Of a stretch of 64,000 bases of DNA, positions 52,251-62,241 are shown piece after piece; within the stretch, counting starts at the first letter, position 1; each line of letters begins with the position of its first letter. The stretch covers positions 144,274,001-144,338,000 of the forward strand of contig CM069132.1 in the NCBI GenBank assembly GCA_035221665.1, written 5' to 3'. Source of the stretch: Okamejei kenojei. Taxonomy: Eukaryota. Both the position numbers and the translations under genes were made by a program. The notes under the pieces were generated by a model. The model made no database searches and had not been told where the DNA came from. It saw nothing but the letters and a program-made list of their open reading frames with translations.

Positions 52251-52944
52251 TGCACAATAATGGCAATAACGTTTAGTGCAAGATATAGTTCAGTAAAGTC
52301 CAGTTAAATATAGATATTAAAGATAAGGGTGCTTGTGTTGAAGCTCCCGATTAGGAAAATTAATCCATGATCCCTCCACAGATGTCGCCTGATCCGTTGA
52401 GTTCCTCCAGCATTTGTTTTTTGCCAATAAAATACCTAGTTGTTTCTCTAACTATTGTTTGTGGGTCCTTGTTTTATGTAAATTGTTTGTCCTATTTACT
52501 TACAATAATAAATATATTTTGGAAGTACTACTTCTATAACAACATTCCCAATTAATGTTAGGAGATCTTTTGTCCTCCAAATGTTTTTATATACTGCGTG
52601 GAAAATCCGGCTTATTGGCTATTTCAAACCCCAATGATTAAATTGCTAACAGCCATGCACCTACTTATTTGGAATGAAGTTTGCATTTTAAACTCTCTGA
52701 TACCTTGATACAATCACTTTCTTCCTCAAAGTTTCTCAGTAAAATAAAATATGTTTTACAATCTTAATCAAAAATAATCTTAATTTGTTTGCAGACTTTT
52801 TCCAGTACTTAGAAATAGTTTTTTACAAGTTTCTGTTTGTTTGAATAAGTCATTTACAGAATGTATCCTGCTGCACAAGATATTTGGATGGAATTTGATG
52901 ATTTAGGCCAAAGGAATAACAAACATTTGAAGACCATTTGAAGG

Positions 52945-53352
52945 CACTGGGCCTGTACTCTGGAGTTAAGACGGATGAGGGGACGTCTCATTGAAACTTA
53001 ACGAATAGTGAAAGGCCTGGATAGAGTGATTGTGGAGAGGATGTTTCCACTAGTGGGAGAGTCTAGGACCAGAGACCCTAACCATGGGGAAAATAGGACA
53101 TACCTTTAGAAAGTTAAGGAATAATTTCTTTAGGCAGAGGGTGGTGAATGCAGAGGCTGTGGAATTCATTGCCATAGATGACGATGGAGGCCTTGTCAAT
53201 GGATGGCGAAGATTGGCACATTCTAGATTAGCAAGGGTTATGGGGAGAAGGCAGGAGAATGGGGATGAGAGAGAAAGATAGATCAGCTATGATTGAATGG
53301 CAGAGTAGACTTGATGGGCCTAATGGCCTAATTCTGCTCCTAGAACTTATGA
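52945..53352 (+). mobile_element. CR1 3' end finishing about 36 bp upstream of the exon at 53389
   Basis: ggcactgggcctgtactctggag..aattctgctcctagaacttatga. Confidence 0.85.
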
Positions 53353-53388
53353 ATAAAATTTGCTTCCTTAAAATGTAAATTCTTACAG

Positions 53389-53487
53389 CTTACAGCACCT
53401 TCTACATTGTCGGCTTGATCTTATCAATGCAAGTACCATTTGTGGGGTTTCAACCAATCCGAACGAGTGAACACATGGCGGCAGCAG
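53389..53487 (+). CDS. STT3B: STT3B exon (probable exon 6, 99 bp): (A)[32 protein letters not shown](G)
   Basis: ttcttacag acceptor and GTAAGT donor; phase 1-1; PFVGFQP..TSEHM is conserved in STT3. Confidence 0.96.
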
Positions 53488-54983
53488 GTAAGTGACCTCA
53501 TTTTAAAGTGCAGAACAACTTGGCTCTGAATTCTGCCATCCTAGGCTGCAAGCCATTCAACCCTACAGTATGAATGCCATAAATCTCAGTTAGTCATGCT
53601 GTCACTTGCTCTTTCCTCCTTTGGCTATATTAATTAATTCTTCAGAAAAGCATTCGGCATAATAAATCCGGAAAGTAGCAGCTGAAAATTCAAAATGTTT
53701 ATCTTTTGAATTTTCAGCAAATCCAGGATGTTTGTCGTATGCTGTGCTTTCAATGTGGATTTGTTACAAGATGTCAGAGGTCAGGTCTTAGCAACCACAG
53801 TTCTGACATAATTATTTCTAAGCAGCTAAGTGATTTTTGAATTGGTTTTCTATGTTAAGTGGACATTGTTAAATTGTCCAAATGGTAGTATTTACTCTAA
53901 ACACCCTGTTAATGCCCTCTTTATATATAACTTAAACCTTGAGTAAGATGTTGAGTTTCCAAAATGAAAATTATGTCATTTTGCCTGCACTTGTTAATAA
54001 ATGTTTTTACATAGGATTAAGTGTGGCAACTAAATACTATTGAATGTAACCATTTTAACGGTTACTTTGCCATTAAAGTAGTAACTCCTACTCCCACCCC
54101 CAAGGCCCAAGTTCCAGAAAAGAGCTAGGAAGTTCCCATTAAAACCCAACATCACCACGTGGAAATGCTAAACTCGTAACATTACATAGGTTTGGGACCA
54201 TCGCACAACAGTGTGGAAATGCAGAGTTGCACATTGCCACTAGCATCCCACTGCACTTTAACGCTCTACTTGTGTGAATTTTTGGAACTTCTCAATAGGA
54301 GTGCTAGAAGATCTGCCTTCTGGACCGACACTAGACCTGAGTCACACTTGAAAACTCTGTCTGTTTCATTGGAGTGACATGGTACATCGAGATTGCTTTG
54401 GTCAACCAAGCACAACTTTGCCATAATTACAAAGATAGACCCAAAAAGTTGGAGTAACTCAACGGGACAGGCAGCATCACTGGAGAGAAGGAATGAGTGA
54501 CGTTTTGGGAATCACCCCTAGATTAATATTGTTAGGTGCCACTCATGTTATAGTGATATTAATACTGTAGGCAGTTAACATTCAGCTTTTATCAGTTTGT
54601 TACGAAATACACAAGTTTACAAATTGATTCAATTTTAATGATTAAAATAATATTAATACAGGCTATCCCATGCTTCCCACACTACATCTCCATTATTCTA
54701 CCTTCTCATGCTCTTCTAAGATACACTCAAGTCGCCCTCTGACCAGAATGAGTGCAATCGAACCTTAACAATAAGGCGACCATGATCTCATGAAGCATAC
54801 AAGGCAGCCTATGTGCAGTACACCAGTTTCACAGTACTGGGATCCTTTCCTAATTGGGTTTGTCTTTAATAGTCATTTTCCTAATCGATCAACATTGGGG
54901 GGTGGGGGGTGGGGGGGGGGGTGTGTTAACCAGCTTAGCAAGGAATATAATATTATTGAAATAAAGCTTGGTCAAAATAAATG

Positions 54984-55121
54984 TGTAGGAAGGAACTGCA
55001 GATGCTGGTTTCAACCGAAGACTTAGTCTGAAGAAGGGTCTCGACCTGAAACGTAATCCATTCCTTCTCTCATGAAATGCTGCCTGTCCTGCTGAGTTAC
55101 TCCATCATTTTGTGTCTATCT
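54984..55121. mobile_element. Penelope-derived short element with 16-bp TSD and one intact + strand hammerhead core (55028-55055)
   Basis: ttggtcaaaataaatg at 54968-54983 and 55122-55137; CTGAAGA-a-gggt-ctcg-acct-GAAA-CGTA. Confidence 0.85.
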
Positions 55122-55262
55122 TTGGTCAAAATAAATGCTGAATGTCTCGGGCCATGGGTTGAGAAACTAATTGAACAATGTTACGGGCTTTATTTTTTAA
55201 CGTGCTTGTACCTCTTCTTTGGGAGTGCAGATCATTTCACCCTCTTGTTCTCTTGCAATCAG

Positions 55263-55409
55263 GTGTATTTGCCCTGCTCCAGGCCTATGCCTTCTTGCAG
55301 TATTTGAGAGACAAGCTGACAAAGCAGGAGTTCCAGACATTATTTTTCTTGGGCGTGTCTCTTGCAGCTGGAGTGGTGCTTCTAAGTGTTATTTACTTAA
55401 CTTATACAG
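55263..55409 (+). CDS. STT3B: STT3B exon (probable exon 7, 147 bp): (G)VFALLQAYAFLQYLRDKLTKQEFQTLFFLGVSLAAGVVLLSVIYLTYT(G)
   Basis: caatcag acceptor and GTGAGT donor; lies inside ORF 55178..55576; phase 1-1. Confidence 0.96.
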
Positions 55410-55515
55410 GTGAGTCCATGTTCGTGGCGTTATTGTACCACCTATGTGTTCCTACCCCCACCTCTCGCTCTAGTTGCCTGATCACATACAAAAGTAAGAC
55501 AACTTATTTTTCAAC

Positions 55516-55791
55516 GGTGCGGCATGCTTGCGCAGCAGTACAGTTGCTGCTTTACAGCACCAGAGTCCCGGGTTAGATCCTGACTACGGGTGCTGTCTGT
55601 ACTGAGTTTGTACGTTCTCTCCGTGACCTGCATGCGTTTTCCTCCCACGTTCCAAGATTTACAGGTTGGTAGGTTAATTGGCTTGGTAAAGTTGTAAATC
55701 GTCTCTCATGTGTGTAGAACAGTGTTAATGTGCAGGGATTGCTGGACTCAGTGGGCCGAAGGGCCTGATTCCGCATTGTATCTCTAAACTA
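55516..55791 (+). mobile_element. tRNA-derived SINE
   Basis: gggttagatcctgactacgggtgctgtctgtac..gggccgaagggcctgattccgcattgtatctctaaact. Confidence 0.9.
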
Positions 55792-57424
55792 ATTTTTTTT
55801 TTTAATTTGAGAGGTGCCTAATTCTTTAGTGCAGCAAAACATTTTGCTATCTTGGTGGTGATGCCTTATCATGACTTTCAAAATAAGGTTCTTGAATGTA
55901 TATGTTCATGATGAATACGATATTTTATCAATTACCATCAGTACACAAATCCTTCACTTGTTTTCCTGTCCTTGTCCTTTTGTTGCTGAAATAATTTTCA
56001 AAAAATAATCGTGAGAGTCAACTTTAAAAACATAGAAGTGAAATATAATTGAAAGAATTAATAATATGGTTTTTTTTATAGCTTGGATGAAAATATCCTG
56101 GCTTTAGGAACAGCTGGTTAAAGAAGATTACTTTTATATCCATTGATTATTGCATTAATGATTTATCATTTTGTAAAAAGCATGATAACAGATTAAATCA
56201 GTCGAGGCAGCCGGGAAAATTCTGTAGTAAGCAGATTGAACTCGCATTGTAATGAGGATGTAGCTTCAGTACTTCAGACAGTAACAGTGACTCTGAGAGA
56301 CAATAAATGGAATTCTATTCATCATTACTAGCCATCACTGATTACAGGCAGCTAAGATAGTCACTGACCTTTCAAAGAAGAAAATAATAATTTAGATAGT
56401 TTGAAATCATTGTTCAATAGACAATAGGTGCACTGCCATTCAATGTGATCATGGCTGATCATCCACAATCAGTACCCCGTTCCTGCCTTCTCCCCATATC
56501 CCTTGACTCCGCTATCTTTAAGAGCTCTGCCTGGCTCCCTTTTGAAAGCATCCAGAAACAGCCTCCACTGCACTCTGAGGCAGAGAATTCCAGACTCACA
56601 ACTCTCTGTGTGAAAAAGTTTTTCCTCATCTTCGTTCTAAATGGCTTACCCCTTATTCTTAAACTGTGGCCTCTGGTTCTGGACTCCCCCAACATCAGGA
56701 ACATGTTTCCTACCTCTAGCACATCCAAACCATTAATAATCTTATGTTTCAATAAGACTGCCTCTCATCCTTCTAAATTCCAGAGTATACAAGCCCAGCC
56801 GCTCCATTCTATCAACATATGACAGTCCTGCTATCCCTGGAATTAACCTGGTGAACCTACGCTGCACTCCCTCAATAGCAAGAATGTCCTTCCTCAAATT
56901 GGGAGACCAAAACTGCACACAATACTCCAGGTGTCGTCTCACTAGGGCCCTGTACAACTCCAGAAGGACCTCTTTGCTCCTATGCTCAACTCCTCTTGTT
57001 ATGAAGGCCAAGATGCCATTTGCTTTCTTCACTGCATGCTGTACCTGCACGCTTACTTTCAGTGACTGATGAACAAGGATCCCCAGATCCCGTTGTCCTT
57101 CCCCCTTTCCCAACTTGACTCCATTTAGATAATAATCTGCCTTCCTGTTTTTGCCACCAAAGTGGATACCTCACATTTATCCACATTAAACTGCATCTGC
57201 CCACTCACCCAACTTGTCCAAGTCTCCCTGCATCCTCATAGCATCCTCTTCACAGTTCACACTGCCACCCAGCTTTGCGTCACATAAATTTACTAATGTT
57301 ACTTTTAATCCCTTAATCTAAATCATGAATGTATATTGTAAATAGCTGCGGTCCCAGCACTGAGCCTTATGGTACCCCACTAGTCACTGCCTGCCATTCT
57401 GAAATGGACCTGTTAATCCCTACT

Positions 57425-57685
57425 GGGGGGTTACACAAAAAGCTGGAGAAACTCAGCGGGTGCAGCAGCATCTAAGGAGCGAAGGAGATAGGCGACGTTT
57501 CGGGTCGAGACCCTTCGTCTGAAGAAGGGTCTCGACCCGAAACGTCGCCTATCAGTCTGAAGAAGGGTCTCGACCTGAAACGTCACCTATCTCCTTCGCA
57601 CCTTAGATGCTGCTGCACCCGCTGAGTTTCTCCAGCTTTTTGTGTAACCCTCGATTCTCCAGTATCTGCAGTTCCTTCTTTAACA
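57425..57685 (+). mobile_element. Penelope-derived foldback element (261 bp) with 15-bp TSD and 89-bp inverted arms
   Basis: ctgttaatccctact at 57410-57424 and 57686-57700; arms 57428-57516 and 57562-57650. Confidence 0.92.
57519..57584 (+). ncRNA. Tandem pair of minimal (Penelope-type) hammerhead ribozyme motifs
   Basis: Two copies of CUGAAGA-A-GGGU(CUCG)ACCY-GAAA-CGUC at 57519-57546 and 57557-57584, with a palindromic ACGU in place of stem III. Activity is not shown. Confidence 0.7.
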
Positions 57686-57812
57686 CTGTTAATCCCTACT
57701 CTTTGTTTCCTGTCTGCCAACCAATTTTCTATCCATGTCAACTCCCTATCCCCAATACCATGTGCTCTCATTTTGCCCACTAATCTCCTATTTTGGACCT
57801 TATCAAATGCTT

Positions 57813-58100
57813 ACAATACTCCAAGTGTGACTAAACTAAAGTTTGATACAGCTGTAACATAATTTCCTAATTTTTATACTCAATGGCCCAACCGATGAAG
57901 GCAAGCATGCCATGTGCCTTCTTTGCCATCCTAATCACTTGTGCGGGGAGCTGTGGACTTGCACCTCAGGATGACTCTATAAATCATTGCTTCTGAAAGT
58001 GCCTGCCATTTACTGTAAACTTTCCTCATGCATTTGACATCCGAAAAAGCAACACCTCATATTTGTGTCAATTAACCTCCATCTGCCATTTCTCCACCCA
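57813..58100 (-). mobile_element. Older CR1 fragment
   Basis: caatactccaagtgtg..gatgaaggcaagcatgcc..aaaagcaacacctcatatttg. Confidence 0.65.
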
Positions 58101-58594
58101 AACTTTGTCAACTGTTTGATATCCTACCTTGTTACCTGCAACTTCACCAATTTATTATTATTTGAAAGGTATGAAGTGTTGAAAGGTATAAAGCAATGTG
58201 TTAGATGACAGAGGAGGGCTCAAGCTGAAGTAAATTTCAATAAGCCGTTTCCCTGTAGGATTTGTGGATAAGTGGAATGTAAATCTTGTAAAGAGCTAAG
58301 CAAATATCTGGGAATCAGATTTATGAATAAACATAAATCTGGGAGAAGGTTTCTTTCATTCTGAGGCAAGAGTGTTTGTGTGGGTAAGATTGACTAAATA
58401 TTGAGCAGTTTCAGAGATTTACTGAGGTCAAGAGGAGGCCTTGGAGAAACTTTATCTGGAAAGGATTTGTACCAATTAAGTTCATCATTAGAAGGAACAG
58501 ATATTTCTTATTTTATATTTGTTACTGCTCTTGAACGCCCAGTGACTAATGCCACAACTCTTTCTCTAATGGTAAATGTTTGGAGTTATAGGTA

Positions 58595-59604
58595 CCGTAT
58601 TTCCTGGCAATGAAGACGCTATTTTTTTTACGCAAAAATAAGGCACAGAAATGTACCTGCATCTTGGAGGCCAAAGGTTAGGTTGTTAGCCAAGAAAGAA
58701 TCAAAAATTATGTTGCTGTACTGAGGACTAGCCAAGTCTATCCCTGATTGCTGGCAGCTGATGGGGCACAGCTGTAAAAGGACAGTGCCGCTGGGGGGGG
58801 AGAGAGTTCCTTTCACAGTGTGTGGGGAGTCTGGCCCGGGTCAGCATGGCAGGAGCGTTGAGAAGGAGGGGGCTGGGGATCATGCCAGCAACGCACTCAC
58901 TCACCGCTGCTGCGGCGCTCCGGGCGCGGAGCCACCTCATTGTGGCCGGGGAGGGAAGTAGCTCGGGTGGCTGCGAGCGGCTGCCGGGACCGGACAGTGG
59001 AACCGACCGCCACATCGGTGCCTTCTTCCGGCCCGCTCACCTCTGGTAGTGCTCCCCGCCTGAACACCTGTCTCCTGCCGCTCGCTGGCCTTGCTCATGT
59101 CAGCCGCTTTCCGCAAATCCTTAAATTCCGACTGCCGCCGGGAGCAGGACATGGCCTCACTTGCTGCGTTGGGGGACACTGCGAGGCATTCACTGCCCTG
59201 TCCGTGTCTTTCAATGTAGACCGGACAATGGGGGAACCAGCTCAAGAGCAATGATCATAGAGTGGAGAGGGTCAGCGGGCGATGGATAACTGGACAGCAG
59301 GCGGTGGAGCTTCCTCCTGTGTCAGCGCGAGTAACCTCGATTGGTATTGTCATTCAATAAGATCACAACTGATTCAACTCGTTACGTTTTTCCCACCATC
59401 TCTCCATCTGCCGTCACCCTCCACCCCCCACCCATTCAGTCATTCAGAATGGAGGAGATCTGGAAGCCTTGGGCAAATTGAATTGTTACTTTTTTTTGAG
59501 CATGAGAAATTCTATGTCCCCCCCCAGCCTTTTTACAAAACTTAGCAACTCAAAATGGAGGTGCGTCTTCGACGCAGGTGCGTCTTCATTGCCGGGAATT
59601 ACGC
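58595..59604. mobile_element. Non-autonomous Tc1/mariner-superfamily (Tc2/pogo-like) DNA transposon, 1010 bp
   Basis: 25-bp TIRs CCGTATTTCCTGGCAATGAAGACGC (58595-58619) and GCGTCTTCATTGCCGGGAATTACGC (59580-59604), 22/25 match; TA on both flanks; GC-rich interior with no transposase. Confidence 0.82.
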
Positions 59605-59662
59605 TATAAACACTGTAAGTGGAGAAACATTTTTCCAAGTGTTGCTGCTGTTTTTGTTTCAG

Positions 59663-59711
59663 GATATATTGCGCCATGGAGTGGAAGATTCTATTCACTT
59701 TGGGATACAGG
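59663..59711 (+). CDS. STT3B: STT3B exon (probable exon 8, 49 bp): (G)YIAPWSGRFYSLWDT(G)
   Basis: tttgtttcag acceptor and GTAAGA donor; phase 1-2; PWxGRFYSL motif. Confidence 0.95.
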
Positions 59712-60090
59712 GTAAGAATGTTTAAGACCTCACTTATTTTTTTTTATTTGGGTTTGGCTTGGATCAAATGAGCAATGTTTATAATCATGATAATTTCAGT
59801 TACATTTCAGGCAGAGAACTGATTTAACTGTATAGTCCCGTTTTAAGTTTAGTTTAAATTGCTTTGACATATTTAACGAAGGATGAATTAGCTCTACATA
59901 CTTCTCCGCCAGTAGTAGTGGCATGTTTTCAGAACAAAGCACCTTTATGAAAGTCTATAGCTTTTATTAAATTTGAGTGTATACCTCTCATAGTTCTCCT
60001 CAGAATATTCATCTAGATGGTTGTTTCCGTAGTGGTGGAGATATTTGGGATTGGCTGATCCTACAAAGCCACTTGTAGTGACTTGAGGAT

Positions 60091-60718
60091 TTCATAACAA
60101 GAGGATTTCAGTATAGGAGTAAAGAGGTTCTTCTGCAGTTGTATAGGGCTCTGGTGAGACCACATCTGGAGTATTGTGTACAGTTTTAGTCTCCTAATTT
60201 GAGGAAGGGCATCCTTGTGAGTGAGGCAGTGCAGCGTAGGTTCACGAGATTGATCCCTGGGATGGTGGGACTGTCACATGAGGAAAGATTGAAAAGACTA
60301 GGCTTGTATTCACTGGAGTTTAGAAGGATGAGGGGGAATCTTATAGAAACATATAAAATTATAAAAGGACTGGTCAAGCTAGATGCAGGAAAAATGTTCC
60401 CAATGTTGGGCGAGTCCAGAACCAGGGGCCACAGTCTTAGAATAAAGGGGAGGCTATTTAAGATTGAGGTGAGAAAAAACTTTTTCATGCAGAGAGTTAT
60501 GAATTTGTGGAATTCCCTGCCGCAGTGGAGGCCAAATCACTGGATGGATTTAAGAGAGAGTTAGATGGAGCTCTGGGGGCTAGTGGAGTCAAGGGATATG
60601 GGGAGAAGGCAGGCATGGGTTATTGATAGCGGATGATCAGCCATGATCACAATGAATGGCGGTGCTGGCTCGAAGGACCGAATGGCCTCCTCCTGCACCT
60701 ATTTTCTATGTTTCTATT
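60091..60718 (+). mobile_element. CR1 LINE 3' part
   Basis: ORF 60199..60564 plus a ttttctatgtttcta tail. Confidence 0.93.
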
Positions 60719-61141
60719 TAACTAGTAATTGAAACAGTTTATCTGTGGATACTCATGTTAATGCTCACTGTTCATTTTGGTCCAATGACTGTCAGTATTG
60801 TCACCTGTTTTTGATCCAGATGCATCTATTTTCATTCAGACATGGGTATGGGCATTAGTTGCCTAGCCAATAGGTGCTCTCTTTTCTTTATCTGAGAAAG
60901 TGGTGTGCTGCCTCTGCAGTCTTTCTACTTAAGGGATTCCCATTGAGTTGTTAGTTTGAGGGATCTTGAGTTTCGATCAAGTGAGTATCAAAATAATTAT
61001 TTATATATTTCCACATCAGGAAGAGAACTTGATATAGGAGATCCCCATTAATTCCTGTTAATACCGCAGCAATGAATCGTGAACTGTGCGACTTGACACA
61101 ACCAGGCCTTGAATTCTTTTCCTGTAATTTCCCTTGCAACC

Positions 61142-61440
61142 GCAGCACGGTGGCATAGAGGTAGAGCTACTGCCTTACAGCGCCGGAGACCTGAGTTCGA
61201 TTTTGTCTACGGGTGCTTGTCTGTACGGAGTTTGTAACTGCATGGGTTTTCTCCGAGATCTTTGGTTTCCTCCCACATTCCAAAGACATACACATTTATA
61301 GGTTAATTGGCTTGATGTAAATGTTAACTGTCCCTAGTGTGTGTAGGATGGTGTTAGTGGGCAGGGATCGCTAGTCGGTGTGGACTCGGTTGGTTGAAGA
61401 GCCTGTTTCAATGCTGTATCTCTCAATTAAACTAAACTAA
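61142..61440 (+). mobile_element. tRNA-derived SINE
   Basis: A box tggcatagaggtag, B box gagttcgatt, (taaac)n tail. Confidence 0.88.
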
Positions 61441-61808
61441 AAAATTACTGATACAGGATTGGATACTAGTTTTGGTTCATCCTGTTTCCTATTCACCTTG
61501 TGGGAACAATTTATGCCAGATAATGTAACAGTTCTCTGATGGGGGGGAAAAAGAGATGGGATTTTCAAATAAATACATAAAGTGCAATGGTTGGATAAAG
61601 GTAGTTCTAAGAATAAGAAATCTTGAAAATGGTATCAAATTGCCCATCATATGGGCTGAAAGAATTGGTGAGATTTGCATTGGGTTGAAAATATGTTACG
61701 GAATCTAATGTAACAAAATGCAGATTTGATAAGATGCTATATATAGCTGGCATGATTCTGTTCTGTAAGTGAAATAGTGCAAGCTAATCTTTCTGATTTA
61801 TTTTATAG

Positions 61809-61963
61809 CTATGCAAAAATCCACATTCCCATCATTGCCTCGGTATCTGAGCATCAACCTACAACATGGGTTTCCTTCTTTTTTGATCTTCACATACTGG
61901 TCTGCACATTCCCAGCTGGCCTGTGGTTCTGCATCAAAAACATTAATGATGAAAGAGTGTTTG
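61809..61963 (+). CDS. STT3B: STT3B exon (probable exon 9, 155 bp): [51 protein letters not shown](V), containing the EL5 SVSE motif
   Basis: ttttatag acceptor and GTAAGG donor; lies inside ORF 61777..61992; phase 2-1. Confidence 0.97.
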
Positions 61964-62241
61964 GTAAGGATATGAGTCAGATATCAGGTTGACTTCCAAT
62001 TTGGAAAAAAAAAAAGCAGAATAGATTTGCATCAAAAGCCCAAGTATGTAGTTAATTACTTGTAACATCAAGAGTTTCCATCTAATTTATGTTCAAGAAT
62101 TATGCTGTAAATAACATCTGTCAGTTAAAAATATTCTTTTTGTGAGAGCGCAGAAATCAAAAAATGGGGAGGGAAGACTTATTATGTAGGAAGGCTATTT
62201 TATAAGGTTGATTTTCAATAACCCTTTTTTTGTTCCCCAAT

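Larger units (their letters stand above)
56416..57812 (-). mobile_element. CR1 LINE of the same subfamily as 49394-50770, interrupted at 57425-57685
   Basis: ORFs 56459..56752, 56742..57113 and 57583..57780 on the - strand; caatagacaatagg tail. Confidence 0.95.

Noticed and set aside
57428-57650. Pre-miRNA hairpin
   Set aside because: The hairpin is explained by the repeat's inverted arms, and there is no evidence of precise processing from sequence alone.
58728-59254. Nested gene or promoter CpG island
   Set aside because: Lies inside a TIR/TA-bounded transposon; ORFs in several frames reflect GC content.
61142-61215. tRNA gene (also at 27412, 45630 and 55516)
   Set aside because: A/B boxes run straight into a shared SINE core and LINE-like tail, with no complete cloverleaf or terminator.
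29437-61963. STT3A assignment
   Set aside because: Recalled diagnostic segments ([33 protein letters not shown]) and the exon sizes fit STT3B; a reciprocal BLAST would confirm.
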